The notes under the pieces were generated by a model. The model did not search any database and had not been told where the DNA came from. It saw nothing but the letters and a program-made list of their open reading frames with translations. From Bacteroidales bacterium (GTDB lineage: Bacteria; Bacteroidota; Bacteroidia; Bacteroidales; VadinHA17): 64,000 nucleotides of DNA. The first letter of the stretch is position 1; the number at the start of each line of letters is the position of its first letter. Where the stretch lies: NCBI GenBank assembly GCA_035390825.1, contig DAOOUQ010000016.1, positions 8,250 through 72,249 of the forward strand, given 5' to 3'. A program made the translations under genes and the position numbers. Positions 53,169-61,049 of the stretch are shown in pieces.

Positions 53169-53350
53169 GACAGCCTGTTTTTAAATTAGAATTAATGCTC
53201 AGTTTTTTGCAGAAGTCCCCCTTTCCCGTTTTCCCCAAAGGGCAAATGCTCCTGGTTGAATTCCTTTCCTTCCGGTGTAAGGCCAGTGGGGGGGCATGTA
53301 TATTTTTATTCGACTGTTCTTCAACCTTGTATTATATCAATTTTCCACAG

Positions 53351-54283
53351 CTAAAATCCAATGAATGCAAGTACTATAGCGGCAATAGCCACCAGGTTCA
53401 TCCATACAAGGAAGAAGCTGACGGCCTGTTTTATCTTAATCCTCGGATTTGTATTTTTAATCAGCGTAAGAAGCAATACAATGACCGGGACTTTCAGAAT
53501 ACTCCATAAGATGTTTATCCCCTCAAATCTGAAGCCTCCTAAGAGTAATGCCGTGATGAATGAAGGGAGAACCAGCAGCATTATGTATTTTGTAAGTTTA
53601 ATAAGGGCATAGGCTGCTCCTGAATACTCGATGAAGATACCTTCCGTTATCTCTGCCTCCGCTTCGGGCATGTCGAAAGGGACCATGCCCATTTTTGCCT
53701 GGAGGCAGAATGTTCCTGCAATGAACAGCAGTACTCCCGATACACTTCCTATATTGGACGATGTGGCATGTTGGGTAAGGATTATGCCACGCAGGTCGGT
53801 CTGCCCGCCGCTTTTAAGTATAACTCCGGCAACTACAAGCAGGAATGTCAGCTCATAGCTCATAATAAGCTTCATTTCCCTTGAGCCTCCGACAGCAGCA
53901 AGCGGGTTCCCGGAAGCTAGGGAGCCTGTTATATAGGCAAATGATGGTATTGTCAGCAGGTAGAAGATCACAATAATGTCGCCCCTGAACCCGGTGGTTA
54001 TGTTGAACAGCGGTAAGAGGATGAAAACTGCGGCCAGAACCGCTCCCGTGAGTGAAAAGACGGGCGACAGGAGAAAGAGAAGTGGAGAACCGTGTTTTGG
54101 CAGAATGGTTTCCTTTACAAGCAGAAGCTTAAAGAAATCGTAGAAAGGCTGCAGGAAAGGCGGTCCTTTTCTGAACTGGACCCTGGCAGTTATCTTCCTG
54201 TCGAACCACGAAAGCAATCCGCCGGTTATTCCGCTGAAAAGCAGACCCGGGAAAACAAGAAAATAAAAGAGGGCAGCACCCAT
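53351..54283 (-). CDS. NuoH/MbhM/HycD-like membrane subunit
   Basis: The 310-aa protein has about 8 TM segments and a NuoH-type N-terminus (RKITARVQFRKGPP). Confidence 0.85.
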   Translation of the reverse strand: MGAALFYFLVFPGLLFSGITGGLLSWFDRKITARVQFRKGPPFLQPFYDFFKLLLVKETILPKHGSPLLFLLSPVFSLTGAVLAAVFILLPLFNITTGFRGDIIVIFYLLTIPSFAYITGSLASGNPLAAVGGSREMKLIMSYELTFLLVVAGVILKSGGQTDLRGIILTQHATSSNIGSVSGVLLFIAGTFCLQAKMGMVPFDMPEAEAEITEGIFIEYSGAAYALIKLTKYIMLLVLPSFITALLLGGFRFEGINILWSILKVPVIVLLLTLIKNTNPRIKIKQAVSFFLVWMNLVAIAAIVLAFIGF

Positions 54284-54287
54284 GTCA

Positions 54288-54854
54288 CTAAGGTTGTTTC
54301 TGTTCAGCGAAATACATGTAATCTCTTATGAGGATCCTGTCGTTAAGCCTGTAAATGTTTTCCTCCGGCTTTTCATCCATCTCGGTGAATGAAGCAACTC
54401 CGTCAGGGCAGGCCCTTACAAACAGTTCACGCTCATTTTCGTCGTTCAGATCATAAAAAAGATCCTTGTTCCTGTGATACCTGAAAAAGTCAGTCATCAT
54501 TGTTCCGAAAGGACAAGCAGTAACACACGATTTGCAGGCGACACAGAGGTTAAGGTGCCTGTCAATGATACCTTCACTGTCCTTATCAATGGCATCTGCC
54601 GGACAAACTGCGATACAAGGAGCATCCTCACATCTCCGGCAGGCAAACCTGAATACTGCCAGTTCCCGTAAAGGCTTTAATACGCCCTTTGTGTCTTTGT
54701 CCTTAAAGAATCCTTCAGGCAAAGCCACATCCGGGTTTCGCGACATTACCGCCCGCAGACTGATCATATCCAGAAGTATTCTTTTACCCATTCCGGTTTT
54801 TTGTTTTGGCCCGACTCTATTTCCAGATATCAGGAGTATCCTTAATTTCATCAT
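54288..54854 (-). CDS. 2x[4Fe-4S] connector protein (HycB/CooF-like position)
   Basis: It has CRRCEDAPCIAVCP and CVACKSCVTACP motifs. The alternative start Met22 (54791) would remove a 38-nt overlap with the upstream gene. Confidence 0.7.
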   Translation of the reverse strand: MMKLRILLISGNRVGPKQKTGMGKRILLDMISLRAVMSRNPDVALPEGFFKDKDTKGVLKPLRELAVFRFACRRCEDAPCIAVCPADAIDKDSEGIIDRHLNLCVACKSCVTACPFGTMMTDFFRYHRNKDLFYDLNDENERELFVRACPDGVASFTEMDEKPEENIYRLNDRILIRDYMYFAEQKQP

Positions 54855-55641
54855 AAGTGAACACGGGACCGTCCTTGCAGACGAAGTATTTTCCCATCAT
54901 GCAGTGGCCGCATTTCCCGAGTCCGCACGACATGTTTTTTTCCATCGAGAGGTATATTTCTTCATCCTTGTATCCCATCTCAAGGAACTTCATTGTCCCG
55001 AACTTCATCATGATCGGCGGTCCGCATACCACTGCAACCGAGTTACCAGGCTTCACCTTCACTTTGTTGAGAAGCGTTGTTGCCACTCCTACTGGCCCGT
55101 CCCAATCATCATCTCCCTTGTCGACAGTTCTGTATGCTTCAAATTTCTCTGTGCTGTTAAGCCTGTTGAAAAGCGGTTTATAAACGCAGTCAGCCGGTGT
55201 TTTTGAACCATAGCACAGGACAACCCTGTCGAGCTTATCCTTTACATGTTCAAGTGCGTAAAGAAGCGACCTTATCGGTGCCAGGCCGCATCCTCCTCCC
55301 AGGATAATCACCTCCTTCCCGAAAAAATTTTCGACAGGGTATCCTCGTCCGTATGGACCCCTGATTCCCATAAAGGCACCGGGCTTAAGGTTATGCATAT
55401 ATTCTGTCACATAACCCGTTTTCATAACGGTGACTTCAAGCTTGTCGGTCACATGAGGAGACGAGGAAGGGGTGAAGGGTGCTTCGCCGATACCGTCAAC
55501 TGACAATTCGATGAACTGGCCGGTGCCGAATGAGAATTCAGTCTCAGGGATAAGGACAAAAGTCTTTATCAGCGGTGATTCTTCAATGACCTCTGTGAGC
55601 TTTGCCCTGACGGGCTTGTAAATGTTCATCATCCCGTTCAT
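54817..55641 (-). CDS. FAD/NAD(P)-binding oxidoreductase with C-terminal [2Fe-2S] (AsrB / HydG / PyrK family)
   Basis: The 274-aa protein has a ferredoxin-reductase-type fold (GQFIELS, GGGCGLAPI). Its C-terminus reads CGLGKCGHCMMGKYFVCKDGPVF. Confidence 0.8.
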   Translation of the reverse strand: MNGMMNIYKPVRAKLTEVIEESPLIKTFVLIPETEFSFGTGQFIELSVDGIGEAPFTPSSSPHVTDKLEVTVMKTGYVTEYMHNLKPGAFMGIRGPYGRGYPVENFFGKEVIILGGGCGLAPIRSLLYALEHVKDKLDRVVLCYGSKTPADCVYKPLFNRLNSTEKFEAYRTVDKGDDDWDGPVGVATTLLNKVKVKPGNSVAVVCGPPIMMKFGTMKFLEMGYKDEEIYLSMEKNMSCGLGKCGHCMMGKYFVCKDGPVFTYDEIKDTPDIWK

Positions 55642-55647
55642 GGCATA

Positions 55648-56637
55648 CTATTTTGCCAGTTCCATGAACAATTCGTTTTTGTTTATTTTACCGATGCATG
55701 CCTCGATGCAGCGCCCGCACCCCGTGCATGCAACAGAACTGAATTTACCGGGCTTCCAGATATATTTGCACATATATCTGTTCCTGAATCTCCTTGGCAA
55801 TTCGAACAATGAATCTTCCCCTCCGGCAACCCTTTGAAATCCGGGGTACTGGCAGGCATCCATCTGCCTTATCTTTTCAAAACCGGGTTTGTCAATGAGA
55901 AGAAAACAGGAGCAGGTAGGACATATTGTTGTGCATGCACCGCAAGAAACGCAACGGGAAGAGTATCTGGCCCAGATTTCATCACCGGCTTTTTGCAGAA
56001 GCATGCCGGTAGTCTCAAAGCCGGGAAGGCCCTTCACGGCTTCCGATAGTTTGCTTAAAGCCGTTTTGTGAGCTTCATCAATTACAGCAAGTGTCTTGTC
56101 ATCAATCATCTCCCGAGTGACGGAAAAATGATTTGCAAAACCATTTCCTTTTTCCGTTGCCACCCTCAGCAGAATCATGTCTTCAACTCTGATGACAGAG
56201 AGATCGGCACTTTCAGACCATGGGTTTATGCCGTAAGAAGTGCAATGGCAATGTTCCTGCCTTTCAAAGCAGTCAAATGATATGATAACTGTGTTTTCAC
56301 GATGCTGTTGGTAATAAATGTCGATGTAATCCCTGTCGAGGTATATCTCATCAAGAAGCTTCAATCCTTCAACATCACAACCCGGCACTCCCATAATTAC
56401 ACGCTGTCTGTTGCGGACCTGTCCGGAGGTAACATTTTCCTTTACCGGGAGAAAGAAAGTTTTCAGAGGTGTGGCCGGTTTCGCCCTGTTGTATGCTATT
56501 CTGCTGATATTCGATGAATTAAGCTCTTCATAATCAATCCCAAAATCGTTTTCCACCGCGGCGAAAATGGTAAAGGACAACTGAATCTGCTCAAGTGCTT
56601 TGTCCCATTCTTCCTTGTTTATGCTTAAGTAATGCAT
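55648..56637 (-). CDS. Fe-S protein of the AsrA / sulfhydrogenase-beta (HydB) family
   Basis: The 329-aa protein has CVSCGACTTICPTCSCF and CTGCGRCIEAC motifs. It is the first gene of the operon. Confidence 0.75.
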   Translation of the reverse strand: MHYLSINKEEWDKALEQIQLSFTIFAAVENDFGIDYEELNSSNISRIAYNRAKPATPLKTFFLPVKENVTSGQVRNRQRVIMGVPGCDVEGLKLLDEIYLDRDYIDIYYQQHRENTVIISFDCFERQEHCHCTSYGINPWSESADLSVIRVEDMILLRVATEKGNGFANHFSVTREMIDDKTLAVIDEAHKTALSKLSEAVKGLPGFETTGMLLQKAGDEIWARYSSRCVSCGACTTICPTCSCFLLIDKPGFEKIRQMDACQYPGFQRVAGGEDSLFELPRRFRNRYMCKYIWKPGKFSSVACTGCGRCIEACIGKINKNELFMELAK

Positions 56638-56639
56638 TT

Positions 56640-56657
56640 ATGTGAGAAGATTCACAT
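56640..56657. promoter_or_regulatory. Candidate Rex operator ATGTGAGAAGATTCACAT abutting the start of the hydrogenase operon
   Basis: The core is TGTGA-N6-TCACA with 7-bp palindromic arms (56639-56658). Each half matches the consensus TTGTGAA-N4-TTCACAA at 5 of 7 positions. It lies 3-20 nt upstream of the ATG at 56637. Confidence 0.55.
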
Positions 56658-56822
56658 ATAAAAATATAATCAATTAAAGAATAAATCAATGAAAACATGA
56701 GGAAATTTACTTAAGAAAAATTTGCAAAAAACATAACATGCATGAAATCAATGATATATAAATTATTTCTTCAATAACAAAAAAATGTTTAAATTGCAAA
56801 ACAATTGAAAATAAAAAATTTG

Positions 56823-56840
56823 ATGTGAAACAAATCACAA
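56823..56840. promoter_or_regulatory. Candidate Rex operator ATGTGAAACAAATCACAA overlapping the rex start codon
   Basis: The core is TGTGA-N6-TCACA, and each half matches the consensus at 6 of 7 positions. It overlaps the GTG start at 56825, which suggests autoregulation. Confidence 0.55.
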
Positions 56841-57508
56841 AATACGTTATAAAAAACAGCCTGAAGAGAATATTCCTTTACAGGGCTTGTCTGGTCAGGC
56901 TGAAGCTGATGGGTGTGAAAAAGGTCTTTTCATATACTCTTGCAAACGAAACCGGTGTGACAGCCGACCAGGTCAGAAAGGATTTTTCAGAGTTCGGAAT
57001 AAAAGGGAATAAGCGAGGTGGTTACGAAGTGGAGGAGCTTCTTGAAATAATGGAAAACATCTTCCACCGGAACAAGGACCATAACCTGGTACTGATCGGC
57101 ATGGGAAACCTTGGTCTTGCATTGTCGAAATACAGCAGGTTTGTACAGCGGAACATGAATATTGTGGCAACATTTGACATAGATCCTTTCAAGCAGAAAC
57201 TCAGGTCCGATATCCCTGTCTATTCGATGGGCAGGCTCAAAGAGATAATCGACAGGTTCAGGGTTAAGGTGGCAATTCTGGCTGTGCCCGAGATCTCGGC
57301 GCAGGAGGTTGCTGATGAGCTTATACGTTTCGGCATAAAAGGTATAGTGAATTTTGCCCCTGTCCTTCTGAAAGTCCCGGCAGATGTAGTGGTGAATAAT
57401 GTCAACCTGTGTGATGAACTTGAAAGCGTGATCTATTACGTCCATAAAATGATGAAGGATGACGGTCTTAAAAACATTGAGATATTATACAGGGATATGA
57501 AATACTGA
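56825..57508 (+). CDS. rex: Redox-sensing transcriptional repressor Rex
   Basis: The 227-aa protein has an N-terminal winged-helix region (KRIFLYRACL...SYTLANETGVTADQVRKDFSEFG) and a Rossmann motif (LIGMGNLGLAL). It uses a GTG start. Confidence 0.85.
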   Translation: MKQITKYVIKNSLKRIFLYRACLVRLKLMGVKKVFSYTLANETGVTADQVRKDFSEFGIKGNKRGGYEVEELLEIMENIFHRNKDHNLVLIGMGNLGLALSKYSRFVQRNMNIVATFDIDPFKQKLRSDIPVYSMGRLKEIIDRFRVKVAILAVPEISAQEVADELIRFGIKGIVNFAPVLLKVPADVVVNNVNLCDELESVIYYVHKMMKDDGLKNIEILYRDMKY

Positions 57509-57606
57509 TCAGGGGGCTGGTTCAGGGAGTCGGATTCCGCCCTTTTATCTGCCGACTTGCTGCAAAATATGGCCTTTCCGGTGAGGTCGATAACCGGACC
57601 GACGGG

Positions 57607-59751
57607 GTGTATGTTGTTGTACAGGGTGATCCGTCTGATATTGACAGGTTCAGCAATGACATATTGAAGCTTGCACCTCCTGCCTCAAGAATAAAATCTA
57701 TCGATGTCTTCCCTTCCATTGTCGGTGAATATGACAGGTTTACCGTAACGGCAAGCAGGGAAATAAACGATCATGTAACAGAAATAAGCCCTGATATTGC
57801 GGTGTGCGGCCAATGCCTGGAAGATATGTCATCAGATCCCGGAAGAATCGATTACCCTTTCATAAACTGTACAAACTGCGGTCCGAGGTTTACCATAATA
57901 AAAGGATTGCCGTACGACAGGCCGCTCACCACTATGAGCGGTTTCAGCATGTGCCCGAAATGCAGAAGGGAATATAATGATATCGATGACCGCCGCTTTC
58001 ATGCACAGCCCATCGCATGCAATTCGTGCGGGCCATCCTGCAGGTTTACCGATGGCAGGGCCGTCATAACAGATCTCCGCGAGATACTTGTTAAAACCTC
58101 GGCGATAATCGACGGGGGAGGATCAGTTGCCCTTAAGGGTGTCGGGGGATATCATCTTGCATGTGATGCCCTGAACAATGATGCCGTTGTCAGGCTCAGG
58201 CAAGTAAAAAAGCGCGACATGAAGCCATTTGCCGTTATGTTCAGGGACCTTGCGGCATTGAAGGAATATTGCCATACTGACTTCAGCGAAGAGAAGGAAC
58301 TCCTGTCGTGGATCAGACCCGTTGTTTTGCTCAGGAGCAAGCGATCTCTGGCCCGGCAGGTAAGTAACGGCCTCATGACAACCGGCGCTTTCCTGCCCTT
58401 CATGCCTTTTCATTACCTGCTTTTCAGACATCTCAAAACTCCTGTAATGGTTCTTACAAGCGGAAATATTTCGGAAGAACCGGTTATTAAAGATGACGGC
58501 GAGGCGATGGACAAACTTTTGAAAACGGCAGATGCTCTCGTCAGCTATAACAGGGATATAAGCAACAGGGCCGATGATTCTGTAATAATGGTGACAAAGC
58601 CCGGGATCATTGTAATACGCCGGTCAAGAGGCTATGTCCCGCGGCCTGTCGACCTGGCCTTTGATGCTGAAGGCATTCTGGCCCTGGGAGCCGAACAGAA
58701 AAACACGTTTTCAATAGGAAGAAAGAATCAGGCAATCATCAGCCAGTATACAGGTGATCTCAAAAATGCCGGGGTCTTTAATTTCTACAAGGAATCAATC
58801 GAAAACTTCTCTTCACTCTTCAGGTTCACTCCCCGCTATATTGCACACGATCTTCACCCCGATTATTATTCGGCTTTATATGCATCATTTCTCAGTGAGA
58901 AATATGATATTCCTTCCGTTGCCGTTCAGCATCAGCATGCACATATAGCATCATGCCTTGCAGAACATTGCCTTGATGAGATGGTTGCCGGTGTCTGTCT
59001 CGATGGTACCGGCTTTGGTTCTGACGGCAATGCATGGGGAGGAGAATTCATGATCGCCGATACCGGAAGCTTTGAACGATACTGCCATTTCGATTATGTG
59101 CCTATGCCCGGAGGAGACAGGGTTGTGTATGAACCATGGCGCATGGCATTTTCATTTCTTTATAAATACCTGGGCGATTCCTTCGATTATGACTCACTTG
59201 AAGTCTTCAGGAGAACCGGCATCCAAAAGCTCGCTCTTGTAAATGAAATGCTGAAGAAGAATATTAATTCCCCTCTCTCATCCGGTGCCGGGAGACTCTT
59301 TGATGCCGTTTCGGCACTTACCGGATTATGCTATGAAACCTCATTTGATTCGGAAGCACCAATGAGGCTTGAATCGGCAATAAAACATAACTGCGATGGC
59401 TGCTACCCGTTCAGTATAACTGAGACTGTAATTTTTGCAGATATGTTCCTCGGAATTCTCGATGACCTCATGAACAAGGCCGATATATCTGAAATATCGG
59501 CCAGATTTCACAATACAATTGTGCAGGTGATCGTGGAAGTGGCTGAAAGGATACGTAGCTCCCGGGGCATCGGGAAAGTGGTTCTTTCGGGAGGGGTGTT
59601 CCAGAACAGGTATCTTCTGGAAAGGACTTTTGAAAAGCTTGAAAAGAAAGGCTTCCGGGTTTATACAAATCATCAGGTCCCGGTCAATGACGGGGGCATT
59701 TCCCTTGGTCAGACGGCTGTGGCATCAAAACATTTCGGCTTATGTGTCTGA
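57607..59751 (+). CDS. hypF: Carbamoyltransferase HypF (annotated start truncates the conserved N-terminus)
   Basis: It has zinc-finger pairs (CGQC...CTNCGPRFTII; CPKC...CNSCGP), a YrdC-like domain and a Kae1-like domain. The acylphosphatase motif VQGVGFRPF is encoded in frame upstream at 57520-57546, with no ATG, GTG or TTG before 57607. Confidence 0.85.
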   Translation: MYVVVQGDPSDIDRFSNDILKLAPPASRIKSIDVFPSIVGEYDRFTVTASREINDHVTEISPDIAVCGQCLEDMSSDPGRIDYPFINCTNCGPRFTIIKGLPYDRPLTTMSGFSMCPKCRREYNDIDDRRFHAQPIACNSCGPSCRFTDGRAVITDLREILVKTSAIIDGGGSVALKGVGGYHLACDALNNDAVVRLRQVKKRDMKPFAVMFRDLAALKEYCHTDFSEEKELLSWIRPVVLLRSKRSLARQVSNGLMTTGAFLPFMPFHYLLFRHLKTPVMVLTSGNISEEPVIKDDGEAMDKLLKTADALVSYNRDISNRADDSVIMVTKPGIIVIRRSRGYVPRPVDLAFDAEGILALGAEQKNTFSIGRKNQAIISQYTGDLKNAGVFNFYKESIENFSSLFRFTPRYIAHDLHPDYYSALYASFLSEKYDIPSVAVQHQHAHIASCLAEHCLDEMVAGVCLDGTGFGSDGNAWGGEFMIADTGSFERYCHFDYVPMPGGDRVVYEPWRMAFSFLYKYLGDSFDYDSLEVFRRTGIQKLALVNEMLKKNINSPLSSGAGRLFDAVSALTGLCYETSFDSEAPMRLESAIKHNCDGCYPFSITETVIFADMFLGILDDLMNKADISEISARFHNTIVQVIVEVAERIRSSRGIGKVVLSGGVFQNRYLLERTFEKLEKKGFRVYTNHQVPVNDGGISLGQTAVASKHFGLCV

Positions 59752-59969
59752 GCATTCCTGCACGAATAGTAAAAATTGATGGTACGACAGCGGATGTCTC
59801 TGTCGGGGGGGCGCTTTTTAAGGCCGGACTTCAGCTTCTGGATGATGTCAAAGAAGGTGATTATGTTCTGCTTCATGCAGGTTTTGCCATTCAGAAGGTA
59901 TCCGAAAAGGATGCACAGGAAACACTGGATATCCTGAATGAATTGTGCAATGACAGTGGAAGGGCTTAA
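59742..59969 (+). CDS. hypC: Hydrogenase assembly chaperone HypC/HupF
   Basis: The 75-aa protein has the MCLSIPARIV N-terminus with the conserved Cys2. Confidence 0.9.
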   Translation: MCLSIPARIVKIDGTTADVSVGGALFKAGLQLLDDVKEGDYVLLHAGFAIQKVSEKDAQETLDILNELCNDSGRA

Positions 59970-59971
59970 TT

Positions 59972-61048
59972 ATGAGATTCATTGAGGAATACAGGAACGG
60001 CGATCTGATTGGCAGGCTTGCTGAAACCATAAGGAAAACGGCTGCCGGCAACTATGATTTCATGGAGGTGTGCGGCGGACATACTGCCGCAATACGAAGG
60101 TTCGGCCTGACTTCTATTTTACCGCCTGGCATAAACCTGATTTCAGGGCCGGGCTGCCCGGTCTGCGTAACATCAATCGATTTTATTGACAGGCTTGTTG
60201 CTTATTCCAGGCTTCATGATACGGTAATTGCAACATTCGGAGATCTTCTTAGGGTACCCGGATCACAATCATCGCTTGAGAGCGAAAGATCGGCAGGTGC
60301 TGATATCAGAATAGTCTTTTCGGGTTTCGAAGCACTTCGTATGGCAGAATCTGAACCGTTAAAAACCGTAATATTTCCTGGCATCGGATTTGAGACCACC
60401 GCTCCGGGAACCGCAGTTGTAATTAAGCAGGCGGCAGCAATGCGACTTAAAAACTTTCTTGTTCTTTCCGCTCATAAGGTTATGCCGCCAGCCATGGAAG
60501 TTGTTGCAGGTGATGGCGCCAATATTGACGGATTCATTTGTCCGGGCCATGTTGCCTCAGTCACAGGTTCGGATCCATACAGGTTCCTGCCTGAGAAGTA
60601 CAAAATTGGCTGTGTCGTATCAGGATTCGAACCACTCGATCTCCTGCAGTCGGTGCTGATGCTTGTGAACCAGAAAAACTGCCGGAAGCCTTTAGTGGAG
60701 ATTCAGTATTCCCGTGCCGTGACTCCTGAGGGAAACACTAAAGCACAAAGGCTGCTCTGTGAGGTCTTTGAATCCTGTAATGCAACATGGCGGGGCTTCG
60801 GGACAATACCCGGAAGCGGGCTCAAAATCCGTGATTTGTTCGCATCCTTCGACGCTGAAGCAGTCATACCTCTTGATTTGAAATCACCCGCTGAAAACAT
60901 CTCCTGCATATGCGGTGAGATACTCCGGGGAATTAAAAAACCCTGCGACTGCATGCTTTTCAGAAATGCATGCACACCTGACAATCCTGTCGGGGCATGC
61001 ATGGTATCATCTGAAGGCAGCTGTAACACTTTTTTCAGATTTTCATGA
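59972..61048 (+). CDS. hypD: Hydrogenase formation protein HypD
   Basis: The 358-aa protein has CGGHT, GPGCPVCV and a C-terminal Cys-rich motif. Confidence 0.9.
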   Translation: MRFIEEYRNGDLIGRLAETIRKTAAGNYDFMEVCGGHTAAIRRFGLTSILPPGINLISGPGCPVCVTSIDFIDRLVAYSRLHDTVIATFGDLLRVPGSQSSLESERSAGADIRIVFSGFEALRMAESEPLKTVIFPGIGFETTAPGTAVVIKQAAAMRLKNFLVLSAHKVMPPAMEVVAGDGANIDGFICPGHVASVTGSDPYRFLPEKYKIGCVVSGFEPLDLLQSVLMLVNQKNCRKPLVEIQYSRAVTPEGNTKAQRLLCEVFESCNATWRGFGTIPGSGLKIRDLFASFDAEAVIPLDLKSPAENISCICGEILRGIKKPCDCMLFRNACTPDNPVGACMVSSEGSCNTFFRFS

Positions 61049-61049
61049 T

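Noticed and set aside
57522-57719. 65-aa minus-strand ORF at the rex/hypF junction
   Set aside because: It is antisense to the conserved HypF acylphosphatase-domain coding sequence and is a shadow ORF.
60915-61049. Long N-terminal extension of the hypE ORF overlapping hypD by 134 nt
   Set aside because: The conserved HypE N-terminus (MNKVITLNHGSGG) starts at 61050, right after the hypD stop. The extension has no family resemblance.
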